A DNA stretch of 43,298 nucleotides from an uncultured Methanosarcinales archaeon (GTDB lineage Archaea > Nanobdellota > Nanobdellia > Woesearchaeales > BS150m-G63). Positions 1-9,206 of the stretch are shown piece by piece (position 1 is the stretch's first letter; each line of letters starts with the position of its first letter). The DNA lies in NCBI GenBank assembly GCA_964630685.1, contig CAZVVW010000008.1, positions 1 to 43,298 on the forward strand, written 5' to 3'. Under the pieces are notes generated by a model, which searched no databases, was not told the DNA's origin, and saw nothing but the letters and a program-made list of their open reading frames with translations. The position numbers and the translations under genes were made by a program.

Positions 1-2
1 TT

Positions 3-419
3 AAGATTCAAGAAGATATTGAAAAAAAATTAAAGGAAAAAGAAAAACAAAAACAAGCAGAAATCAAAGAAGAAATTACAGAAAAATTAAAATCATCAAC
101 TAAAAAGAAAAAAGATAAAGGGGGAGATGGAGCTGAGGTAAAATTACTTAATACAAAACCACCTACTTTGTCTGTTAGAGATTTAAATAAGAAGATGAAA
201 AGGATGGTTTCTGCTAAATGTGTTCCTAATTGTAATGAATTATGTGGACAGCTAGACAGCTGTGGAGGTTTTTGTCTAGATGGCGATATAGATACTTTAG
301 GTAAATGTGGAAATGAACCTAAAGAGGAAGAGTTAACATACATTCAAAAAGCTACATCTCAAGTGTCTGATACTGTGGGTGGAAAATGGTTAAATTGGTT
401 ATTGGTTGAGAATCCCTAA
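3..419 (+). CDS. 5'-truncated hypothetical protein with Lys/Glu-rich segment and Cys-rich motif
   Basis: The frame of ORF 168..419 is open back to base 3 (KIQEDIEKKLKEKEKQKQAEIKEE...). It contains CVPNCNELCGQLDSCGGFC and stops at TAA 417-419. Confidence 0.7.
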   Translation, partial: KIQEDIEKKLKEKEKQKQAEIKEEITEKLKSSTKKKKDKGGDGAEVKLLNTKPPTLSVRDLNKKMKRMVSAKCVPNCNELCGQLDSCGGFCLDGDIDTLGKCGNEPKEEELTYIQKATSQVSDTVGGKWLNWLLVENP

Positions 420-1235
420 CTAAAATCTTGCCTCTAAGAGTGCTGCGAGTATAACGAAAAAGATAGCTAAACCAAACAAGATTAAGCTGTCTGTTGCTAC
501 ATGATTAAATCTTTTTGAGAACCATTCTTCTTTAACTACTGCTTTTGACATTACCCCTCCAGCTATTGCTGCTGAGAAATAACTTAATGCTTCTGTGAAT
601 AAGTGGGGAAGTACTGGAATCATAATTACTAAGAAAGTTATCAAAGGATTTTGTCCTTCTACTATTGCACCCATTTTAATACTGTAACCAAAAACAACTC
701 CCCAGACTGAAGCATTCCACGTAATAAATAATATTGAGCCTGCACCATACACTAAAGAAAGAATTAAACAAGCAAATAACACTTTTAGGTTGTTTGCCAT
801 TAAGGAGCTGAAGAATGCTGGACTTATTGCACTTCCAGCTGTTGCTTGTCCGGTAATTCCCGCAACATTTAATTGGCTTTTGAATAAATAAAATATGGTG
901 GATTCTGGTGAGAATACAGAAAAGAACAGAAAAGTAAAGAAAACTCCAAAGAAAAGAAAGATGTAGATGAGGAATATATCACTGTGTTCTGAAAATAGTC
1001 CTTTGAAAGAGAATTTTTCTTCTCTTGCTTCTACTTCTTCTTCTACTTTTAGGATTCTATTTACTGCCGGAATCAGGAGGATAGACACAAAAGCAACTGA
1101 CATCATATCAGGATTTGAGCCAAAAATCAATTTTGCACTAAAGATACCTATGATTGAATAAAGTATGCCGAGAAAAAAAGAGGCCATAAACTTGTGTTTT
1201 AGAATGGAAAGCCTCATGAAGTCTTCAAGTGCCAT
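420..1235 (-). CDS. SpoIIM/DUF95-family multi-pass membrane protein
   Basis: About 7 hydrophobic segments; C-terminal half has NNLKV...G...WNASVWG...LPHLFTEALSY...AGG...AALLE, the typical SpoIIM pattern. Confidence 0.8.
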   Translation of the reverse strand: MALEDFMRLSILKHKFMASFFLGILYSIIGIFSAKLIFGSNPDMMSVAFVSILLIPAVNRILKVEEEVEAREEKFSFKGLFSEHSDIFLIYIFLFFGVFFTFLFFSVFSPESTIFYLFKSQLNVAGITGQATAGSAISPAFFSSLMANNLKVLFACLILSLVYGAGSILFITWNASVWGVVFGYSIKMGAIVEGQNPLITFLVIMIPVLPHLFTEALSYFSAAIAGGVMSKAVVKEEWFSKRFNHVATDSLILFGLAIFFVILAALLEARF

Positions 1236-1342
1236 ATATTAGAATATAAATAGAGAATATAAAAAAGTTTTGAAAACAATAAGGCTATTATACCTATTTC
1301 TGTATCAAAATCTTAATAAACTCTTGTTTTATCTTTTTTTAT

Positions 1343-3331
1343 ATGATACTTGGAAAGATATTTGGTAAAACCACAACTACTAATTTTAAGTTTTTAGCTA
1401 ATGGTAATGCTAAAAAATTCGATTTTGTCCAAGTTTATCATAAAGATTATGACTATGTGCTTTGCCAAATTTCTGAATTAGAGAGGGATGAAGATAATAT
1501 TATTGGTAAATGTACTGTTGTAGGATATATGGATGATGGGTTGATAAAAAGACCTAGAGTGCCTTTTGAGCCAGGAATGGAAGTGTTAAAAGCAGAAGAC
1601 GAATTTATTTCTAAAATAATCCAATTATATAAGAGTAAAGATGGCGCATATATTGGTTTATTAGAGAGAAAATCAATCAAGGTATATCTTGATTTGAAGA
1701 AATTATTGACTAAACATATTGCTATTTTAGCAAAAACTGGCGCTGGAAAATCTTATGCTGCAGGAGTTTTGCTTGAAGAGATAATGGACAAAAAAGTTCC
1801 ATTAGTGATATTAGATCCTCATGGAGAATATTCTCAGTTGAAATACAAGAATACAGAAGACAAAAAATTGATGAAAAAGTTTGGGGTTGAGCCAAGAGCG
1901 TATGCGAATGTAAGGGAGTATGGGGATAGTGATTTAAATTCTAATGCAATTCCTTTGAGGCTAAATAGTGCATTAAGTCAATCAGAGTTATTACATTTAT
2001 TGCCTAAAATGAGTAGCACTCAAACTGGTTTATTGTACAATGCAGCTAAAGATATTAGTAAAGTGAAATTTAATGAGTTGCTGTTAAATTTAGAGATGGA
2101 AGAAAATAATGCCAAATTTACTTTAATGAATAATATTGATTATTTGCATAATCTTAATCTTTTTTCTGATTCTTTTACATCTTACAATGAAATAGTGCAA
2201 TCAGGAAGGTGTTCTATAATTAATTTTAAAGGAATTACCCCGGATGTCCAGGAGATAATTGCATATAAAATGCTTAAAGATTTATTTGAAGCAAGAAAAA
2301 AAGATCAGGTTCCACCATTCTTTTTGATTGTTGAAGAAGCTCATAACTTTTGTCCTGAAAGAAGTTTTGGAGAAACCAGGTGTTCTAAAATAATAAGGAC
2401 TATTGCATCTGAAGGAAGAAAATTTGGGTTAGGACTTTGTGTGATTAGTCAAAGACCTGCTAGAATTGATAAATCTGTTTTGAGTCAATGTACTACTCAG
2501 ATAATATTGAAAGTTACTAATCCTAATGATTTGAAAGCAGTTTATAATTCTGTTGAAGGAATAACTCTTGAAGCTCAAGAAGAGATAAAAAACTTACCTA
2601 TTGGAACTGCATTGGTTACTGGAATTGTCGATATACCTTTGTTTGTTGATATAAGACCCAGGATGACAAAACACGGAGGGCATGCCGTGGATATTTTACC
2701 AGGTGCAGAAGATGGAGATTTTTTTGATAAAATAGAGAATTTTGAAGATAAAGGATTATTGCCTGTGATTAAACCTAAAACTAGTCTGAAAGATATGCAG
2801 TTGATGTCTAAAAGAAAAATAAAATCTGTTGATACTGTGTTGATTCCGGCTCATTTGTTTTTATGCCAAGAAAAAAATAAAGAGTTCAATCTTCTGGTTG
2901 AATCTATTCATGGTAGAATAGTGTTAGATGTAGAAACATTGAGGGTGGCGTCTTTGCCTGATTTAGGTAAATTATCTAAACATGAATTGAAAACTTTAGA
3001 GGCAGCATTCAGACTTAAAAATTTTACACTCCCTATTTTTATTTCTAAAACTGGATTTGGGATGGGTGTTAAAGCTCATTTGATTAAATTGATAAAATTA
3101 GGATATCTTGCTAATGAAAGTGGAACTATTAAATTGACTAATAAATATGTGCTTTCTAATCTTTCTAAAAAATCATGTTATAGTAAAATAAACTTTAGTC
3201 AGCTTAATTATTCAAAAAAATTAAATGCTAGAATTTCTTTAGATAATTTAAAGAATAGGTTAGGTAAATTTGTTAATGTTATGGATCAAAGAGGGTGTTT
3301 TATTGTTAAATATGAAATAAAATATGAATAG
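1343..3331 (+). CDS. HerA/DUF87-family P-loop ATPase with HAS-barrel-like N-terminus and long C-terminal extension
   Basis: Walker A HIAILAKTGAGKS, LDPHGEY, Walker B FLIVEEAH, EGRKFGLGLCVISQRP, SQCTTQIILKVTNPNDL. Confidence 0.9.
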   Translation: MILGKIFGKTTTTNFKFLANGNAKKFDFVQVYHKDYDYVLCQISELERDEDNIIGKCTVVGYMDDGLIKRPRVPFEPGMEVLKAEDEFISKIIQLYKSKDGAYIGLLERKSIKVYLDLKKLLTKHIAILAKTGAGKSYAAGVLLEEIMDKKVPLVILDPHGEYSQLKYKNTEDKKLMKKFGVEPRAYANVREYGDSDLNSNAIPLRLNSALSQSELLHLLPKMSSTQTGLLYNAAKDISKVKFNELLLNLEMEENNAKFTLMNNIDYLHNLNLFSDSFTSYNEIVQSGRCSIINFKGITPDVQEIIAYKMLKDLFEARKKDQVPPFFLIVEEAHNFCPERSFGETRCSKIIRTIASEGRKFGLGLCVISQRPARIDKSVLSQCTTQIILKVTNPNDLKAVYNSVEGITLEAQEEIKNLPIGTALVTGIVDIPLFVDIRPRMTKHGGHAVDILPGAEDGDFFDKIENFEDKGLLPVIKPKTSLKDMQLMSKRKIKSVDTVLIPAHLFLCQEKNKEFNLLVESIHGRIVLDVETLRVASLPDLGKLSKHELKTLEAAFRLKNFTLPIFISKTGFGMGVKAHLIKLIKLGYLANESGTIKLTNKYVLSNLSKKSCYSKINFSQLNYSKKLNARISLDNLKNRLGKFVNVMDQRGCFIVKYEIKYE

Positions 3332-3389
3332 GCAAATTTATTAAATATAAAAGATATAATAAATATAAGTTAAAATTTAAATTATTAAA

Positions 3390-4334
3390 ATGAATATCGT
3401 AAAAGATAAAAAATTGATTCCTGAAAAAGATTGGATAAAAAATATAGGTTTGTTAAAGAAAGAAGTAAGAGAAATTATTAAGGGTAAAAAGAAAGCAATG
3501 AGGATTGTGAAGGATGTTTTTGTTAAAGCTGTTAAAAAAAGTTTTCTTGATAAGAAAGAGTATGAACAAAAAGAGTTAAGTAGAACTAAAAGATTATTTA
3601 GAATATTTAAGCGCGATGAAAAAGTAGGGATTTTGTTTTCTGGAGGGATTGATAGTACTTTGATTGCTTTTCTTGCTAAAAAATATAGAAAGAATTTTGT
3701 GTGTTATTCTGTAGGTATGAAAGGCGCTGATGATTTAAAATGGGCAAAAAAAGTTGCTAAAGAATATAAATTTAAATTGAAATTGATTGAATTAGATCTC
3801 GATGGATTCGAGGAAGTTGTTAGGAAGGTTACAAAAATTCTTGGTGAATCAGATGTTGTTAAGATAGGTGTTGGAGCCGCACTTTATCCAGGGATGGAGA
3901 GAGCTAAAAAAGATGGTTTGAGGTATGTTTATTCTGGTCTTGGTTCAGAAGAGATTTTTGCTGGGTATCAAAGACACGAAGAATCTAAAGATATCAATAA
4001 AGAATGTTGGAATGGTTTGAAGAAAATGTGGCAAAGGGATTTTACAAGAGACTTTTTACTTGCTGAGAATCTTGATTTGAAGTGGAAACTCCCTTTTTTA
4101 GATGATGAATTAATCGTTGCTGCAATGGGTATTGATTCTACATTGAAAATGGATGGAGATTATAAAAAAATTATTTTGAGACATGTTGCCGAAGAACTTA
4201 AATTAAAAAAAGAATTTTGTTGGAGAAAGAAAAAAGCAGCACAGTATGGAAGTAAAGCAGATAAAGCGATTGCTAAATTAGCTAAGAGGAATGGATTTAA
4301 GTCCAAAAAAGATTATGTTGAGAGTTTGCTTTAA
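3390..4334 (+). CDS. Asparagine synthase C-terminal (PP-loop) domain protein, no glutaminase domain
   Basis: GILFSGGIDST, SGLGSEEIFAGY, LPFLD, K.ILR, RKKKAAQYGS; no N-terminal MCGI Ntn domain. Confidence 0.85.
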   Translation: MNIVKDKKLIPEKDWIKNIGLLKKEVREIIKGKKKAMRIVKDVFVKAVKKSFLDKKEYEQKELSRTKRLFRIFKRDEKVGILFSGGIDSTLIAFLAKKYRKNFVCYSVGMKGADDLKWAKKVAKEYKFKLKLIELDLDGFEEVVRKVTKILGESDVVKIGVGAALYPGMERAKKDGLRYVYSGLGSEEIFAGYQRHEESKDINKECWNGLKKMWQRDFTRDFLLAENLDLKWKLPFLDDELIVAAMGIDSTLKMDGDYKKIILRHVAEELKLKKEFCWRKKKAAQYGSKADKAIAKLAKRNGFKSKKDYVESLL

Positions 4335-4351
4335 ATTAATAATGTAGTTTA

Positions 4352-4390
4352 TTTAATTTGTTTTTAATCTTTTTTAATTTGTTTTTAATC
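4352..4390. repeat. 18-bp direct repeat duplicating the aspS 3' end
   Basis: TTTAATTTGTTTTTAATC at 4352-4369 and 4373-4390. Confidence 0.7.
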
Positions 4391-5735
4391 CCAATTCACT
4401 TAATTGTTTTTTACTTACGTCAGAAGGAGCATCTAACATTATATCTTTTGCATCTTTGTTTTTTGGAAAGGCGATAACATCTCTGATAGAATCTTCTCCA
4501 CACATTATGGCTACAAGTCTATCAAATCCAAAAGCAATTCCACCATGTGGTGGAGCACCATATTTGAATGCATTTAATAAGAATCCAAATTTTTCTTTTG
4601 TTTCTTCATCGCTTAATTTTAATGCTTTGAAGATTTTTTTCTGGATATCTGCTTTATGAATTCTTATTGAACCCCCTGCAATCTCTTCTCCATTAAGTAC
4701 TAAATCATAAGCTTTTGAACTTGCTTTTTCTGGTTCTGTTTCTAATAATTTGATATCTTTCTCTTTTGGCATTGTGAATGGATGATGTGTTGAAGTCAAT
4801 CTTTTTTCTTCTTTACTATATTCAAATAATGGAAAATCAACAACCCAGAGGAAAGAATATGTATGACCACCTTTTTTCAAGTGTGGTCTGTCAGTGTGGT
4901 ACTTATTCATTGCTTCTTTGTATGTGATTCTTGGGAAAGGGGTCTTTAATTCTACATTTAACACTTGTTTGAATACATGTTTTATCATTTTTTCTAATAG
5001 ACTGTAAATATCTTCTTCTTCAATGAAACTCATTTCCATATCTATTTGAGTAAATTCTGGTTGTCTATCTGCTCTTAAATCTTCATCCCTAAAACATTTC
5101 ACCATTTGAAAATATTTATCGAATCCAGATACCATTAATAATTGTTTAAATAATTGAGGTGATTGAGGCAATGCATAGAATTTCCCTTTTTGAACTCTGC
5201 TAGGGATTAGATAATCTCTAGCACCTTCAGGAGTTGATTTTGCAATCATGGGTGTTTCAACTTCAAGGAATTCTTCTTTATCAAGAAAATCTCTAACTGC
5301 TTTTGCTGTTTTGTGTCGCATTGCTAAATTTTCTTGCATTTTCTTTCTTCTTAAATCTAGATATCTATATTTTAATCTGGTTTCTTCTGTTGATTGTATA
5401 TTATTTAGATCAAGTGGAACTGGTGCAGATTCATTGAGGATTTCTATATTTTCTGCTAATAGTTCAATTTCTCCTGTTGACATATCTTTGTTTATATCTT
5501 TTTGAGGTCTTGTTTGTACTTTTCCTTCTAATAGAATAACTGATTCTTTTCTTAATTGTCCAAACTCCTTTGCTAGTTTAGGGTTTAGAAAAGCTTGAGT
5601 TGAACCATATTTATCTTTTATTGTTAGAAAGCCAATTTTACCAAAAGTTCTTATCTGTTCTACCCAACCGCAAAGTTTTACTTTTTTGCCGTCGTGTTTT
5701 TTGTTCAGTTCTCCACAAGTGTGTGTTCTTAACAT
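4374..5735 (-). CDS. aspS: Aspartate--tRNA ligase, bacterial-type, GAD insertion absent
   Basis: MLRTHTCGEL, RLKYRYLDLRR, STPEGARDY, LPQSPQLFKQLLM, CFRDEDLRADRQPEFTQID, HHPFT, GGSIRIH, GAPPHGGIAFGFDR. Confidence 0.97.
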   Translation of the reverse strand: MLRTHTCGELNKKHDGKKVKLCGWVEQIRTFGKIGFLTIKDKYGSTQAFLNPKLAKEFGQLRKESVILLEGKVQTRPQKDINKDMSTGEIELLAENIEILNESAPVPLDLNNIQSTEETRLKYRYLDLRRKKMQENLAMRHKTAKAVRDFLDKEEFLEVETPMIAKSTPEGARDYLIPSRVQKGKFYALPQSPQLFKQLLMVSGFDKYFQMVKCFRDEDLRADRQPEFTQIDMEMSFIEEEDIYSLLEKMIKHVFKQVLNVELKTPFPRITYKEAMNKYHTDRPHLKKGGHTYSFLWVVDFPLFEYSKEEKRLTSTHHPFTMPKEKDIKLLETEPEKASSKAYDLVLNGEEIAGGSIRIHKADIQKKIFKALKLSDEETKEKFGFLLNAFKYGAPPHGGIAFGFDRLVAIMCGEDSIRDVIAFPKNKDAKDIMLDAPSDVSKKQLSELGLKTN

Positions 5736-5768
5736 TTTAATATTCCCATATTTTAATATCCCAATATT

Positions 5769-6404
5769 TTAACATTTTTCTAGTATCTTTACTTCTGTAG
5801 TGCATAATCCTTTAAAATTGTTTGCATCTTCAGTGGTTCCAACTATGGCATTATAGTGCATTGGAATTGCTAGTTTTGGTTTGAAAGTGTTAACTGCTTG
5901 TGCTGCTTCTTGTGAGGTCATTACATAAGTGCCACTCACAGGAATTAGGGCTATGTCAATATTTTTTAAAGAGAGCATTTCAGGTATATTATCTGTATCT
6001 CCCGCATGATAAATTTTTGTGTTGTTTATTGTGATTATAAAACCCAACCATTCGTTTTCTTTGGGATGAAATTGTTTGTTGGTGTTGTAAGCAGGAACTG
6101 CTTCAATTAGAAATCCATTTGCATTGATTTTATTTCCAGGAGTCATTGTTGTTACTCCTTTGATATCTAAATTAGATAGTTTGCTTTGACAATCTGGTGT
6201 TGTGATAATTACTGTGTTTTTATTTATTATTTTTTCAATATCTTCTCTGCTGCAATGATCATAATGTTCATGGGTGAGCAAGATAAAGTCTGCTGGTTCT
6301 GTTGAATTTATTTTGAATGGATCTATATAGATTACTTTTTCAGCTGATTTGATTCTGAATCCTGCATGACCTAACCAATCAAGAGTTATATTGTTGTATT
6401 CCAT
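5769..6404 (-). CDS. MBL-fold metallo-hydrolase (UPF0173/UlaG-like)
   Basis: WLGHAGFRI, IDPF, THEHYDH, YHAGDT, AIPMHY. Confidence 0.92.
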   Translation of the reverse strand: MEYNNITLDWLGHAGFRIKSAEKVIYIDPFKINSTEPADFILLTHEHYDHCSREDIEKIINKNTVIITTPDCQSKLSNLDIKGVTTMTPGNKINANGFLIEAVPAYNTNKQFHPKENEWLGFIITINNTKIYHAGDTDNIPEMLSLKNIDIALIPVSGTYVMTSQEAAQAVNTFKPKLAIPMHYNAIVGTTEDANNFKGLCTTEVKILEKC

Positions 6405-6459
6405 GTTTTTTGAGAAAATTAGATTCTATATAAAGATTACTGATTGTGTTGGTGAATTA

Positions 6460-6501
6460 TATTAGTTATTTATATGTTATTATTAGTTATTTATATGTTA
6501 T
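6460..6501. repeat. 21-bp tandem duplication, intergenic
   Basis: TATTAGTTATTTATATGTTAT twice (6460-6480, 6481-6501). Confidence 0.85.
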
Positions 6502-6508
6502 CTAAATA

Positions 6509-7459
6509 TTATATTAAGAATTTTCCGTGTTCTATAATCATTTTATTATCTAAATAGATTGTTGGATCCTGAAATATTCCATCAATATGGATTGGAACAT
6601 CCACATTTCCACCAAAAGATTTGTTGTTTCCTAATGCGATGTGTGCTGTACCAAGGACTTTTTCGTCTTCTAGAACATTACCAGTTATTTCTGCGTTGGG
6701 ATTTGTGCCAATCCCTAACTCCGCTATATTGTAAGCTTCTTTGGGCAAGTCTTTGAACATGTCTTTTATTTTTTGTGCGTGTTCCCCGCTGATTGAAGTG
6801 GCGAAACCATCTTTTACAGTGATTGTTAAAGGGTTTGATAATTTTCCTGTTCCCATAGATGCATCAACTATGAATTTTCCATTAGATGTTCCTTCTATTG
6901 GTGCTAAGCAAACTTCTCCACAGGGAAGATTCCCATATTGTCCTTTTTGGATGTAAAGTCCATCACCTATTCCATGGATATCTCTGTCTTTTATATTCAT
7001 TGTGATGTCTGTTCCTTTTTGAGTAGTTACTCGGACAATTTCTGTTTTTTTTAGTAACTCTACTAGTTTTTTGTTTCTTTCTTGCAGTGCTTGATAATCT
7101 ATGGGAATGGTTCTTTTAATCATCTCAATTGTTGCATTAGGCATTGTAGCTATTCTTGAATCTGCTTTACATGCAGTTCTTCTTGCTTGGGTGTGCGTTA
7201 GGGATTTTGAAGTTACTAATATGCAGATATCAAATTTAGTCATTTCTTTTGCTGTGTTTTCTGGAGGTTCTTGACCATTTATTTTTAGTTCAGGTATCTC
7301 TATTAAAGTGGGTTTTAGGGAAAGTTCTTCTGAAGCATTTATTAGAGAATCAGCTATATCCTTTTTTGTTTTATCTGTTACGATAAGTACTGTTTCATTT
7401 TCCTTTGCTTGCATACAAGTGTTTAGAATCACTAAAGAAGCTTGTTTTAATTTATTCAT
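6509..7459 (-). CDS. Aminopeptidase, M29 (AmpS/aminopeptidase T)-like
   Basis: SLTHTQAR, GNLPCGEV, NIAELGIGTNP, LEDEKVLGTAHIALG, HIDGI. Confidence 0.9.
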   Translation of the reverse strand: MNKLKQASLVILNTCMQAKENETVLIVTDKTKKDIADSLINASEELSLKPTLIEIPELKINGQEPPENTAKEMTKFDICILVTSKSLTHTQARRTACKADSRIATMPNATIEMIKRTIPIDYQALQERNKKLVELLKKTEIVRVTTQKGTDITMNIKDRDIHGIGDGLYIQKGQYGNLPCGEVCLAPIEGTSNGKFIVDASMGTGKLSNPLTITVKDGFATSISGEHAQKIKDMFKDLPKEAYNIAELGIGTNPNAEITGNVLEDEKVLGTAHIALGNNKSFGGNVDVPIHIDGIFQDPTIYLDNKMIIEHGKFLI

Positions 7460-7460
7460 T

Positions 7461-7841
7461 TTAAGAACATAATCCTTTATTACAAAAAGTTCCGGTTGGA
7501 CAAGTTATTTCTTGTTGGTTGATACACCTAGGACATTCACTGAAATCGCAATAATATTCTATTAGGGTATCTCCTACACATTCGTCAATCATTGTGGCTT
7601 CTTCTTGGTTGAATGTTCCTTTTGTAATGCCTTTCATCATTGGAGCTATTCCTGCGTCTGAATCAGTGCATACTGTTGATGCTTGTCCTGCTATATTTGG
7701 ATTTAGGGGTGCAATATTAAGAAAACTAGAAAAGATTGCAAATATACCAAATACTAAAAGGATAGCAATAAAACTAATTTCAAGTTGAAGTATTTCATTG
7801 TGTTTTCTTTTTTTTGTTTTTGACACCTTTTTTTTGCTCAT
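7461..7841 (-). CDS. Small membrane-anchored Cys-rich surface protein
   Basis: Basic N-terminus, one TM helix, IAGQA, then CTDSDAG...DEC...LIEYYC...C...C..G.C, a pattern common in DPANN surface proteins. Confidence 0.75.
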   Translation of the reverse strand: MSKKKVSKTKKRKHNEILQLEISFIAILLVFGIFAIFSSFLNIAPLNPNIAGQASTVCTDSDAGIAPMMKGITKGTFNQEEATMIDECVGDTLIEYYCDFSECPRCINQQEITCPTGTFCNKGLCS

Positions 7842-7988
7842 ATTATTTCTATTTAATAGAATTATTTAAACTTTACTAAACTATTTTAGTTTTTTCGAAA
7901 CATTTATACAAAAAGACTGATTCTTTAAGCAGAGAAGAGTGAAAAAACTCTTTACTAACATAAATCTTTCTAAAAGATAATACTTTTA

Positions 7989-8002
7989 GAAAGATTTATA
8001 TA
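7989..8002 (+). promoter_or_regulatory. Archaeal BRE + TATA box for the membrane-protein triplet
   Basis: GAAAGATTTATATA ending 27 nt before ATG 8029. Confidence 0.6.
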
Positions 8003-8028
8003 TAATTCCTCTTTATATTTCTTTAAAA

Positions 8029-8604
8029 ATGGTGTCAACATTTAGAGGTGTACTTGAATTCTTTCAAGACTTGGGAGTGTATGATGTAATTCTACCTTTT
8101 TTACTCATATTTACAATTGTTTTTGCAATTTTAGAAAAAGCAAGGGTTTTTGGAACTGAAGAGATAGATGGCACCAAATATACCAAAAAAAATCTTAATG
8201 CTATGGCTTCTTTTGTGATATCTTTTTTAGTTATAGCTTCATCCCAATTAGTAGAGATAATTACTACAGTATCTTCACAAATGGTTATTTTATTGTTACT
8301 TTCTATATTCTTTTTAATCTTGGTTGGTTCATTTTATAAAGAAGGGGAAGGAGTATTTCTTGAAGGCGGATGGAAGATTCTTTTTATGGTTTTAATGTTC
8401 ATTGGAATTGTTTTGATATTCCTTAATGCAATCCATGTTGAAGATGGAAGAAGTTGGTGGGAATATACATGGGATTTTATGATAGAAAATTGGCAAGGTG
8501 ACGCTGTTGCCTCAATCATTCTTCTATTAGTTGTTGTTGGATTGATGTATTTTATTACAAAAAGTCCTGCCACAGAAAAAACTAAAGGTAAATCAGGAGG
8601 TTAA
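8029..8604 (+). CDS. Multi-pass membrane protein, paralog 1 of 3
   Basis: About 5 TM helices; ILPFLLIFTIVFAILEKARVFG...KNLNAM motif shared with the next two ORFs. Confidence 0.85.
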   Translation: MVSTFRGVLEFFQDLGVYDVILPFLLIFTIVFAILEKARVFGTEEIDGTKYTKKNLNAMASFVISFLVIASSQLVEIITTVSSQMVILLLLSIFFLILVGSFYKEGEGVFLEGGWKILFMVLMFIGIVLIFLNAIHVEDGRSWWEYTWDFMIENWQGDAVASIILLLVVVGLMYFITKSPATEKTKGKSGG

Positions 8605-8609
8605 TTAAG

Positions 8610-9185
8610 ATGGATTTTACTCAATTTGTGTACACACTAGAAAGCTATGGGCTTACAGATGCTTTGTTGCCCTTTTTATTGATATTTGCAGTGGTTTTTG
8701 CAATTTTGCAAAAAGTAAAAATATTTGGAAAAGATAAAAGAAATATTAATGTGATTCTCGCATTGGTGATAGGATTATTAGTTGTAATTCCTCATGTCAC
8801 TAATAGTTATCCTCCTGGAGGGGATGTTGTAGAGATTATGAATAATGCTATTCCTAATGTATCTCTAATACTTATATCTATAATTATGTTGCTTATTTTA
8901 GTGGGAGTATTTGGTTCTGAAATAGATATTGCAGGAACTTCTCTTGCTGGGTGGATAGCACTTATTTCACTCTTAATTGTAGGCTATATATTTGGTAGAG
9001 CAGCTGGATGGTTTCAATATTTACCAAATTGGCTCCAATGGCTTGATGATCCAGATACACAGGCATTAGTAATTATCTTATTAGTATTTGGACTATTAAT
9101 TTGGTTTGTTACTAAAGAGCCTAAGAAAACTACAGAAGGAAGGATCAATAAAGGATTTAAAGAAATCGGAAAGATATTCAAATAA
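8610..9185 (+). CDS. Multi-pass membrane protein, paralog 2 of 3
   Basis: LLPFLLIFAVVFAILQKVKIFG...RNINVI; GGAGG Shine-Dalgarno upstream; 5-nt gap to the previous gene. Confidence 0.85.
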   Translation: MDFTQFVYTLESYGLTDALLPFLLIFAVVFAILQKVKIFGKDKRNINVILALVIGLLVVIPHVTNSYPPGGDVVEIMNNAIPNVSLILISIIMLLILVGVFGSEIDIAGTSLAGWIALISLLIVGYIFGRAAGWFQYLPNWLQWLDDPDTQALVIILLVFGLLIWFVTKEPKKTTEGRINKGFKEIGKIFK

Positions 9186-9206
9186 AATAAATCTGAAAAA
9201 TAAAAA

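Noticed and set aside
1343..3331. HerA-based anti-phage system (Sir2-HerA/Nezha-like)
   Set aside because: No adjacent effector (Sir2, nuclease, DUF4297) and no defence-island context.
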